Source of the DNA: Sminthopsis crassicaudata | Taxonomy: Eukaryota | Direction: 5' to 3' | DNA length: 64,000 nucleotides | NCBI RefSeq assembly: GCF_048593235.1 | Contig: NC_133617.1 | Span: 162,276,937 to 162,340,936, forward strand | In this document: one piece after another, positions 12,107 through 23,202 of the stretch | How the letters are laid out: the number at the start of each line of letters is the position of its first letter | Position numbering within the stretch: position 1 is the first letter of the stretch | The notes under the pieces: generated by a model | Database searches by the model: none | Seen by the model: only the letters and a program-made list of their open reading frames with translations | What the model was told of the DNA's origin: nothing | Translations under genes and position numbers: made by a program

Positions 12107-12461
12107 CACATGGCTCTTCTCAACAGTGAGGTGATTCAGGCCAATTCCAATAGACTTGTGATGGAGAGAGCCATCTGCATCCAGAGAGAGGACTGTGGGG
12201 ACTGAATAATATTATCACTTTTTTTGTTGTTCCTTGCATTTTGTTTTCATTCTCATTTTTTTTCCTTTTTGATCTGATTTTTCTTGTTCATCATAATTGT
12301 GGAAATATATGTGGAGGAATTGCATATGTTTAACCTATATTGGATTACTTGCTGTCTAAGGAGAAAAATTTGGAACACAAGGTTTTGCAAAAGTGAATGT
12401 TGAAAACGATCTTTGCACATATTTTGAAAATAAAAAAGCTATTATTTAAAAAAGAAAGAAA
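12107..12461 (+). mobile_element. 5'-truncated L1 3' end with 15-bp TSD, inside LTR-like sequence
   Basis: AAGAAATGCTTCCTA at 12092-12106 and 12462-12476 flanks an L1 3'UTR ending in AATAAA and an A-rich tail. Confidence 0.75.
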
Positions 12462-13186
12462 AAGAAATGCTTCCTAGGCAAGCCTGTTTCTGGGATCAGG
12501 CTGCCTCCTGATTAAGTTCCTCTTTTGGAGGCTTTTACCCACATTCAATTTCAGCTCAGCAGCCAATAAAAACTTATCTTCAGCGGTGTGGTAAGTGACA
12601 GGAAAATGTCACATGCTATGAACTAGGCTGGGCTCCTCCATTCGACATCATTTATAGGCTTCCAGAAGCAGCTCACCAATACTCTCCTAGCTGCCACCAC
12701 CTGGAGGGGCTGGCAGCCCACACTTTGAGGATACAGTTACCACTGGCCAACTTGCTGAGATGTGCAGTTCAGCTGAAAAGGGCGTATGGGCAGTGAAGGG
12801 GAAGATATAGACCTGATAGAGCTGAGTAGAATATTTTAGTTACTGTATGTGACCCATTGGGTAAATCCCTCTCTTTTCCTCTTCTGTAAAGTGGGGCTAA
12901 AGCTAACACCTCCCTCCCAGAATGGTTGTGAGGATCAAGTGTTATATTTATTTGCATAGTAAGCACTAGATAAACATTAGCTTTTTTTTTTTTTCCAGGA
13001 GCTTGCAGTCCTAGGCACTTGGGGAGTATGAGAATGTAAGAGAGAACATAGGAAGAAGTCTTGGAAATAGTCAAAGAACTCCCCAGCAGCCACCATTGTC
13101 TGTTCTACTCCCAACCCAGAAGCTCTCTCCCTTATTCCTTATTTAATTAAAAAAAAGGGAGCCTGTATCCTTTCACTCCCTTAGAC

Positions 13187-13379
13187 CAGTAGTTCTCAAA
13201 GTGTGGTCCAGAGAATATCAGGAGTCTCTGAAATCCTTTAGAAGGTCTACAAATTCAAAATTAGTCTTTATACTAATATAGTAAATATAAATATAACCGA
13301 CATGAACAAAGTCTTTGGATAGATCATCAGTAATTTTTGACAGTTAAAGAGACTGAGAACAAAAGTTTGAGAATCACTG
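13187..13379. mobile_element. hAT-Charlie/MER5-like MITE (related copy at 32212-32416)
   Basis: Terminal inverted repeats cagtagttctcaaa / tttgagaatcactg; 8-bp TSD ccttagac / ccttagat. Confidence 0.8.
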
Positions 13380-13711
13380 CCTTAGATATAAGTTTGATTT
13401 TGGTTGAAAAACTTCCAATTCTGTTTTCTCACTGACTCTTGTGAGTTGGATAGATGGTGAGATGGGCTGTGGGATTGGACATACTTTGCAGAGCTGACAA
13501 CCCATGAGTATCAAGTAGAAGGACTTGGGGCGGCAGGTGTTCACAATGCAGCTATGCAATCATGGAGCCCTTTGGTAGAAACTTACCATATTTTAGTTCC
13601 AGCCCCTCTCCCCACACATGAATACACACAAATCTCCCATTTGTGAGTTCAAGCTCAGGAGAGGGAGACATAAAATTATTTAGACATAAAAGAGGTCTTG
13701 GAAATCAAACA

Positions 13712-14557
13712 TAGGCATTGTGGTTTTATTGTGCTTTAAAGATACCATGTTTTAACCAATTTAACAAAAATGTAACTCTGCATTGAACACGTCTTTCTAA
13801 ACCATTTTTCCAAAACTATCTGCTCATCGTGTCTCTGAGTCACATTTTGGTGATTTTTGCAATAATTTAAACTTTTTCATTATTTTTATGTCTTTTATGG
13901 TGATCAGTGATCTTTGATGTTATTTTTGTAATTATTTCAGGGCACCAGAAATCACACTCACAAAACATTGGAAATTAATCAGGAATTATTGTTACGTTCT
14001 GATTGCTCCACTAACCAGCTATTCCTCCATCTTTCTGCTCCTCAGGCCTCCCTATTCCCTAAGACACAACAACATTGAAGAATATTACATAAACTAAATT
14101 ATTAAAGCAATGGCAAGGTTTGAAGGGCTTTATTCCAATTTTGAAAGAAGTTATACTGTGGACAAAATCCTATCAAACAGTATCACATGCTACAGAAAAA
14201 TCTTTTGTGAAAAGAAGTCAATTAATTTAGCAATTACCATTTTTGTCTTTAAGAAATTGTCACAGCTACCACAGTCTTCAGCAACCACAATCCTGATCAT
14301 TCAGCAGCCATTGAGGCAAGATCCTTCACCAACAAGATTTTGACTCCCCAAAGGCTCAGAGATGGTTAGCATTTTTAGGAATAAAGTATTTTGTAATTAA
14401 GGCATGAGTCTTTTTTAGACATGATACTATTACACATTTAATAGACTACAGTATAATGTAGACAAAACTGTACTGGAAAACCAAAGAAATCATGTCACTG
14501 GTTTTATTGCAGTATTTCCTTTATTGCTGAACCAGTCATACCTCTGAGGTATGCTTG
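13712..14557 (+). mobile_element. Internally deleted Tigger1-like (TcMar) DNA transposon
   Basis: Termini taggcat...ggtatgcttg followed by TA. The 3' part matches recalled Tigger1 consensus (gaggcaagatccttcacc, aatagactacagtata, ttttattgc). A degraded transposase C-terminal ORF lies at 14110-14343. Confidence 0.75.
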
Positions 14558-16195
14558 TAAGTTGGTTGTATTTCTGGAAATCATACTGATTGGTTAGGTG
14601 ATTCTGGTCAGGTTATTTTATTTATTTTTTTTTTTTTTGCTTCTGATTTATTTATCTTTACAATGTGAACAGTCACAAGACCAGTGACTAGGTAATTGCC
14701 CACTACACTACATACCATTTGTCCTCTCTGATGTGAGGACAGCACTATGATGGCCTGTTTCTCAGAGAAGGGGCACTCTCTTCCAAGAGTGCTGAAACAG
14801 GAAGGATGAATCACACTTTGCAAAACTTATAGTAACAACAGTAGCTCTAATACTAGTCACTCTTGAAATTTTGCACTGAGAGTGAGCTAAGTCAGTGGAC
14901 AGAGCATTAGACTTGGAGTCAGAGAGATCTGAGTTCAGTTGCAACCTTAGACACTTATTAACTGTGAAACATTAGGCAAATCTTTTAATTTCCCTCTCTG
15001 CCTTAGTTTCCCTGTCTGTCAGATGGGATAATAATGACACTGACTTCCCAGGGTTGTATGAGGATAAAACGGGATAATATTTGCAAAGTATTTTGCAAAC
15101 CTTAACACATATTAATGCTAGCCATTGTTATTGAGTAGCTAGGTGATTCCATGAATAGAGCCCTGGGCCTAGAGTCAGGAAAACCTGAGTTCAAAATAAG
15201 CCTTACATACTAGCCGTGTGACCCTGAGCAAGTCACTTAACCTGTTTGTTCCAATCCACTGGAGAAGGAAATTACAAACCATATTAGTGTAAAACCACAT
15301 GTACAGTACTGGTATGCTATAGTCCACAGAGTCACAGAGTTAGACATTACTGAACCATATTATTACTTGATGTTGTAGAGTATTGCCAAAATATATTTGA
15401 TATATAGATATATACATATATGTATATGCATACAAACCCTATATAAATATACATATATACACAGATGAATGAATACACATATAAGCTATACATACATACA
15501 TGTATACACACACACATAGCATCTTTGCTTTATGGTACTAATAACTGTGATTATGTATTATGCATTGTGTGTTGTAAATGGCATTAGACACATCCCTGGC
15601 CTTGCCACCTTCATCTGTAAAAGAAAGAAATTGGACCAAATATTATTTTCCAGCCTTATGACACAAATGACTTTCTATTCTATGACACATAGAATGTGTC
15701 ATGAGTCTGGAAATGGCAATTGGATTATCTAGTAATTTATAGATTTAATACTAGAAAGGGCTTTAAAATTATAGATTTGGAGCTTGGTGGGGTCTCAATC
15801 AGAGGCTTCCATTTTACTATTAAAGAAAATGACACTCAAAGAGGGCAAAAGGTGAGAAGTAGAACTGGGATTAAAACCTAGATAGACTAAGTCCAAATCC
15901 AGAACTCTTTCCATGACTTAAGTAGCATTAAGATAAAATTAATTTTCAAGTTCTAAATAGTCATTACTAGATGAGGTACTTGTGAAAGGGCTTTGGAAAA
16001 AATTAATATTTACAGTTATCAAGGGATTTTAAGTCCTATGCATTAAGCCTTTCCTAGATCCAAGATTGTTTTTAAAACATTAATGGAGAAGATGTTCTGT
16101 TATTCTATGTGCTACGGATCAGAATTTATTTTTGTCTAATTATGGAAGTGGAACCTAGTTAGACTCAATATCTGTTGGATACAATAAAAGTGAAG

Positions 16196-16513
16196 TTTTC
16201 TTTTTTTTTACTCTATTATAGCTTAGCTTTACTATCCTCTCAAGTAAAATTTAACCATAATAAGAATTTTAAAACAAGCTTTTTTTCTCTCTTAATTATT
16301 ATCCCCTAAGCGGAAATCCCAGGATCTGTTCTCCCCTTATTTACTTAAAAAATAAGACCCTCTTATTTGCCATAGGTGCCCTTATCATTTCATTTAGCAC
16401 TACTTCATAAATGAGCCATGTGATGTTTTTATAGTTGGGAAAAGTCACATTCTTAAAACTAAGCTGTCTATTGCTAACGCTGGGCAAAGTTTATATATAT
16501 ATATATTATATAT

Positions 16514-16553
<40 letters not shown>

Positions 16554-17180
16554 GTATATTACATGCTATTTTGCTCCTGTTAGAAGTCAGCACACTATAC
16601 AAGTAGAAGAGAGATGATCTAATATGGTAATAGCTCATCCAGTAATTTTCAGTAATAGGATAACAGAACCAATCTCCATTCCTGTTCCCTTTGGCAAATA
16701 GACATGCTCAAAACTGATTCAGAATGTTAGAAAGGCAGGATTAGGTCCACATCATTGTCCCATAACAGAGAAGTGTGGCCCCCTCCAATGAGAATGAAAT
16801 AACGTATAATATGGGATGTATTTCACCCTCAATGCTGAAGTCTCAACCATAGTTCTGCAGAAAGCAGAGAAGTGTGCCCTTAGGGACTTTACCTGAGGTC
16901 AGGGATAGATAGCTTAGGGAGATAAGTTTTCCCATTTACCAGAATAATACATGGCTCATTTATGAAGTTGGAAGTAAATGAAACAATATTTGCATCTATG
17001 GAAAATAAATAGGGCTTTGATTGTTTTTAAAGGAATTAAAGGAGCAATAGGTTCTAGGTTTTTAACTTAGTGGGAATAATTGAGAGAGGAAAGCACATAG
17101 TGCTTATTTTAAAATCCTAATTATGGTTTACTTTTACATAAGAGGGAAGTGAAGTATAATAGAGTTAAAAAAAAAAAAAA
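16196..17180. repeat. Long imperfect inverted repeat: arms 16196-16490 and 16886-17180
   Basis: Perfect 20-bp core acttcataaatgagccatgt (16402-16421) versus acatggctcatttatgaagt (16949-16968). By eye the homology continues along both arms. Confidence 0.85.
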
Positions 17181-18249
17181 GAATTTCAACAAAAATGAAA
17201 AAAGAAGCCCTGTAATTTTTTTCTCACACGATTGTTTTTATTGTAGCCACCCGATATTTAGAGTAACTAGCTTCCACTTCCATTAAAAGATAAATTTCAG
17301 CACCGGAGCGGGTGCACACACACACCTTGAATAGACTCTAAAATGGACTGTGAAGTGGGCCCAGGACTGAACAAAAGGAGAAAGTATTTTAATAACCACA
17401 AACTCCCCTTGAAACAGAGATTAGTCATTAATGTTAATATTCTCACCATTAGAAGAACTAGCTGTTAACTCGTGCATTACCATTACAGTATTACATACAG
17501 TGAAATTCACATTTCTGTAATGTTTGACTTCTGACAATTTCAAAAACAAACAGAGTTCCAATAGCAGATTCAAAGTTATTTTTTCACTGACGTGGGGCGT
17601 TTGGAAAAAAGAGAAACTGGAGCAAGGCAGTGGAAGGGACGGTGCTTTGACAGCCCAAGTAGGGACAGGTGAGAAAAAGGCATTAGGGGGTCCAATATAG
17701 TTCCTGAATCCTTTGTTGTTATTGTTGTTGTTGAAACAATATATAAATGGCCAATTTATATAAATACAAATAAATAACCAATTTAAGGTTAGTTAAAATG
17801 CTTGTTCCAACTTTTGTGAGATTTGTAATGAAATCACTTGGAGCATCCAAGATTTTCACGGGCTTTTAAGGGGACCAGAGATAGTTTTATGAGGGATCGC
17901 AAACTCGGACAGGGAAGAATGCATCTTAATGTTCATTAACTTCCACCTGAAACTTAGTTTTTCCTGTTATTACTTTAAAACATTAATCTGAAAGGGGGGG
18001 GGTTCATATTCCTCATTAGATTACCAAAGTTTAAAACATTTAATTTGGACAAAAACCCACCTGTCGAATGTTCTGATATAAATGACATCTTTTTTTTTCT
18101 CTTACATATTAAGAGAATTTTGCTTTTTTTAAAGAAAGTGTCAAACAAAATTATTACCCACTAAGTTGAAAACCTAGTTTATTTGTAAAACAAACAAACA
18201 AACAAACAAAAACCTGTCGTACTGTCTGTGCGTCTTTACTTAGCACTAC

Positions 18250-19221
18250 TTTTCTGTGTAGTGATACAGTATTGCTTTTCGCGAAGTAAATAAAATCGGC
18301 GCGGATAAGGCGGTAACCATTGGTGTTCCCAATATGTAAATGAGATACGTTTCCGTGAAATATTCCGCGGTCCGGTCCACTTTGGGCGGGGAGTTAGTCA
18401 CTTGTCCCTCGGTATAAAAGTTGTAGCGGCTGAATGCGCGCAGGACCTCGGAAGCGCCTGGCACGTCCCTGCAGTTTCCCGGCTTTTTATCCTGCATTGT
18501 TGCCCATCCACACCGCAGTGCCCCCGCACTTAGTCCGTGCTCCCAGGTTCGGAAAGCTCCCCACAGCGTGTCACCTTTCCCCACCGCGCCTCCCCCGCTG
18601 TCACAGACTCGCCGGACCCTCGGAAAAGCCAGGTGAGCGGGGCGGGCTGGACGGGACGGGGAGCTCCAGAATCGGCCTTTGCTGGGGCCTCTCGGGGCCC
18701 CACATACCCTCCCTCTTTCTTTGGGAGCTTGCCCCCCCCTCCCTTTACTACTATTGCAGTCCCGGAGTTTATATGGGCGGGACTCGGGGGTCACTCCCAA
18801 TCACTTCCTTCTCGCTCTGGGCTGGAGAGAGGTTTATTTTGACACGAAAAAGAAACTAACTTTTCCCCAAGTTGCGACTGCGCGGGTTCAGCCTGCCTTA
18901 TGATTTTATTAATGGCGAGTTTCTCAGCAACATCTCGTGCCATTGCTGCCTTTCTGGGTCGGAGCGGGACTTTTCAGAGGCCTTTGGTCTTCAAACAGAA
19001 GGATTGACTCCACGACCCTCGAGGTGAGTTCTGCCTCGTTCCGGGAAGCCGGGGAAGCAGCGCTCCTGGGCCAGGTTAGGGTCTGGGTTCCCTGGGCAGG
19101 AGAGGCGGTTCGTGGGGCCGATCTAGTCGGGTCGGATGGAACCTCTTCCAGCGCTCCGGCGGCCGTGGACTTATGCTTGCCGGAGAAGATCTGAAAATGC
19201 CAGGTCCTCTTGTCTGACCGT

Positions 19222-19263
<42 letters not shown>

Positions 19264-19330
19264 CAGGAACGACTTGCAGTTCTGTTCGTCTGTCTCAGTC
19301 TCTGTGCCTGTGTCCGCCTGTATCCGTTTC
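18250..19330 (+). promoter_or_regulatory. RIPK1 CpG-island promoter
   Basis: CpG/GC-rich stretch in AT-rich surroundings, with CCAAT boxes, GGGCGG, TATA-like GGTATAAAAG at 18411, and strong donors at 18633 and 19024. Confidence 0.85.
18440..18632 (+). other. RIPK1: Probable non-coding exon 1 of RIPK1
   Basis: Downstream of the TATA-like box; ends at CAG|GTGAGC. The start is an estimate. Confidence 0.6.
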
Positions 19331-19726
19331 TTCCTCTACATATGTGAGAATATATTGCTAAAATACAAACGTGTAGAGGAAAGAAGCTGTATTTGACTGA
19401 GCGAGCTGTCCACACCTGGGTATCCAAAAAGTGAATCGGACTGTAGGCGACACTCTAGTCCGAGATACTTCCTGTTGAGGAGGGGACTCTGTGTGGGTTG
19501 TAAGGATGGGTGTGGGCTGGGAAGGATAGAAGCTGGGTGCTGCCTCGTCTTCTGGGGAAGGTTGGGGTGGAGTAAGAGGGGAAGGAAAGTAGGTGCACAG
19601 AAGGTGTGGTCCAAGTAGTTCCTAAATGTTTAAGTCCCAGTTAGGCAAAAATAAAACGTTGCGATATGACCGACTTTTTCTTCTCTTACAAGTAGATATA
19701 TTTTGCTTTTGGAAAGTGAGTTATTG

Positions 19727-19762
<36 letters not shown>

Positions 19763-20554
19763 CTATTTTGCAGCGCTTAGAAATGAGAGATAAATGAGTG
19801 TTTAAAGATCTGTTGGTTATCTTAATATATTGTGGCATTAGCAATAGAATTTCCACCCAGACTTTCACTTAGAATGTTTTATTCAACAAAAGTTATGGCA
19901 AGTTGTTATGAATCAAATTAGGATCTTGGCTCTGTTTGAGGCACACTGTTTTATAGACCACCATTCTTTCCCACTAAATGTTATTCTCCTTTACCAGTTG
20001 GAAAAACTAGAGCACAGAGCCATCAAATGAATTTCTGAATAGCTGGGTTGACCATGGGCAAGTCACTGTAACTGTTTCCAGTTAAGTTTCCTTATCTGCA
20101 AAATGGAGATACTGAGGGAAATGGGATTGCATCAGGGAAAGTGCTTGGTAAACTGTTAAGTGCCATGTGAATGTGAGCTATTATTTATTTACTATTTATT
20201 TCCCTAGCCTGGATTGAATAAACAGTTGGCCTTGAAACTAAAGGAAAACCTAAGTCCAAGTCCCTCCTCTGACACATACTATCTGTGTGACTTTGTACAA
20301 TTCATTCCAAGATTCTCAGTTGGCTTTGATAAATACTTTTCCTCACCCTGAAGCTCCTATACCAAATAAGAAGTCTGATCCTTATCCCTATCTCTGTGTC
20401 CATATTGAGATGCAGGGATCAATGAAGCAATCAATAATCATGATAATAGCTGACAGTTATATAGAACTTATCGTGTACCAAGCACTGGTGCTAAATATTT
20501 TAGTTTTGATCTCATTTGATCCTGACAACAATTCTGAGAGATAAGTGCTAGTAT

Positions 20555-20696
20555 CGGGGCAGCTAGGTGGCGCAGTGGATAGAGCACCAGCTTTGAATTC
20601 AGGAGGACCTGAGTTCAAATTTGGTCTCAGACACTTAACACTTCCTAGCTGTGTGACCCTGGGCAAGTCACTTAACCTCAGCCTCAGGGGAAAAAA
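20555..20696 (+). mobile_element. WSINE1-type marsupial SINE with 16-bp TSD
   Basis: ggggcagctaggtggcgcagtggatagagcacc...A-tail, flanked by AGATAAGTGCTAGTAT at 20539-20554 and 20697-20712. Confidence 0.85.
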
Positions 20697-21591
20697 AGAT
20701 AAGTGCTAGTATTAATCGCATTTTACAGAAGAGAAAACTGAGGCAAATATGTAGTAAGTAACTTACTCAGGATCATAAAGCTAGTATGTGAGGCTGGATA
20801 TGAACTCATTCAGTGCTCTATCATGAACCAAAACTTGAGAGTCAGAAGATCTAACTGTAATGTCTAGGCTCAACTACTTGTGATCTTGGACAATTTGTTT
20901 AATTTCTCTGATTTTTCTTATCTGTAAAATGAGGATCATACCTATTCCACAGAATTATCACAAGATTCAAATGAGATAATGTGTGTAAAAATATCTTATA
21001 ATTACACACTGCTTTCCAATTATGTTATATTAAATAGTTTTGTGGCAGCGAGTCAGCACAGTGAATAGAGTACCGGGTCTGGGGCCAGAAGGACTCATCT
21101 TCTGAGTTCCAATCTGGCCTCAGAGACTTCCAGGCTGTGTGACTTTCGGTAAATCACTTCACCCTGTATGCCTTACCTACAAACTGAGCTAGAGAAGGAA
21201 AAGGCAAATCACTCCAGCATCTTTGCAAAAAAAAAAAAAACCCAAACAGGGTCACAAAGAATGAGAACAACAGAACAAGAGATTAATTAACAGGATCACA
21301 AAATCCAAATTGGAAGAAAACTTGGATGTCATCTAGACTCTAAATGTAGTATTTTCTGTAAAGCTCTTAATCTTCCTGGGTTTCAGTTTTAACATGGGTA
21401 AAATAAATAAAGACTGGATTCCCCTGGGGTGCTTTCAGTATCTAAATTTGGGGGCCTAGATTTTTGTTCTTGATCCTATTAGAGCCCCCATATTAAGAAT
21501 CTTTTCTTATAACATTCCCAATTAGTTGTCTCTTGTAAGGACTTATTGTACTCTGTCAAGGCAGGTCATTCCACTTTGGGATAACACCAAT

Positions 21592-23202
21592 TTTTTTTAT
21601 TATTAATTTTTATAATTATAACATTTTCTTTGACAGTACATATGCATAGGTAAAAAAATTTTTTTTACAACATTATCCCTTGTACTCTCTTCTGTTCCGA
21701 GTTTTTCCCCTCCTTCCCTCCACCCCCTCCCCTAGATTTGCAGGCATTCCCATACATATTAAATATCTCATAGTATATCCTAGGTACAATATATATGTGC
21801 AGAACCGAATTTTGTTGTTGCTGTTGCAAAGGAAGGATTGTATTCGGAAGGTAAAAATAATCTGGGAAGAAAAACAAAACAAAACAAAACAAAAAAAACA
21901 ATGCTCACAGTTTACACTCATTTCCCAGTGTTCCTTTTCTGGATGTAGCTGATTCTGTCCATCATTGATCAATTGGAATGGGATTAGCTCTTCTCTATGT
22001 TGAAGATATCCACTTCCATCAGCATACATCCTCATACAGTATCATTGTTGAAGTGTATAATGATCCTCTAGTTCTGCTCGTTTCACTCAGCATCAGTTGA
22101 TGTAAGTCTCTCCAAGTCTCTCTGTATTCCTCCTGTTGGTCATTTCTTACAGAGCAATAATATTCCATAACCTTCATATACCATAATTTACCAACTATTC
22201 TCCAATTGATGGACATCCGTTCATCTTCCAGCTTTTAGCCACTATGAAAAGGGCTGCCACAAACATTTTGGCACATACAGGTCCCTTTCCCTTCTTTAGT
22301 AGTTCCTTGGGGTATAAGCCCAGTAGTAGTATGGCTGGGTCAAAGGGTATGCACATTTTGATAACTTTTTGGGCATAATTCCAGATTGCTCTCCAGAATG
22401 GTTGGATTCTTTCACAACTCCACCAACAATGCATCAGTGTCCCAGTTTTCCCTCATCCCCTCCAACATTCATCATTCTTTGTTCCTGTCATCTTAGCCAA
22501 TCTGACAGGTGTGTAATGATATCTCAGAGTTGTCTTAATTTGCATTTCTCTGATCAATAGTGATTTGGAACACTTTCATATGAGTGGAAATAGTTTTAAT
22601 TTCATCATCTGAAAATTGTCTGTTCATATCCTTTGACCATTTGTCAATTGGAGAATGACTTGATTTCTTATAAATTAAAGTCAATTCTCTGTTTGTTTTG
22701 GAGATGAGGACTTTATCAGAAACTTTAACTGTAAAAATGTTTTCCCAATTTGTTACTTCTCTTCTAATCTTGTTTGCATTGGTTTTGTTTATACAGAGGC
22801 TTTTTAATTTGATGTAATCAAAATTTTCTATTTTGTGATCAATAATGGTCTCTAGTTCTCCCTTGGACACAAACTCCTTCCTCCTCCACAAGTCTGAGAG
22901 GTAAACTATCCTATGTTCCTCTAATTTATTTATGATCTCATTCTTTATGCCTAAATCTTGGACCCATTTTGATCTTATCTTAATATGTGGTGTTAAATGT
23001 GGGTCCATGCCTAGTTTCTGCCATACTAATTTCCAGTTTTCCCAGCAGTTTTTGTCAAATAATGAATTCTTATCCCAAAAGTTGGGATCTTTGGGTTTGT
23101 CAAACACTAGATTGCTATTTTTATTCACTATCTTGCCCTGTGAACCTAACCTATGCCACTGATCAACTAGTCTATTTCTTAACCAATACCAAATGGTTTT
23201 GG
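21592..23202 (-). mobile_element. Young 5'-truncated L1 (ORF2 C-terminus, 3'UTR, poly-A) with 14-bp TSD
   Basis: TSD GGGATAACACCAAT at 21578-21591 and 23203-23216. ORF pieces 22535-23215, 22195-22434 and 22019-22216 translate as the L1 ORF2p C-terminus. Confidence 0.92.

Noticed and set aside
18246-19396. Several overlapping 74-184 aa ORFs on both strands
   Set aside because: Expected from stop-poor GC-rich CpG-island sequence; no recognisable protein motif.
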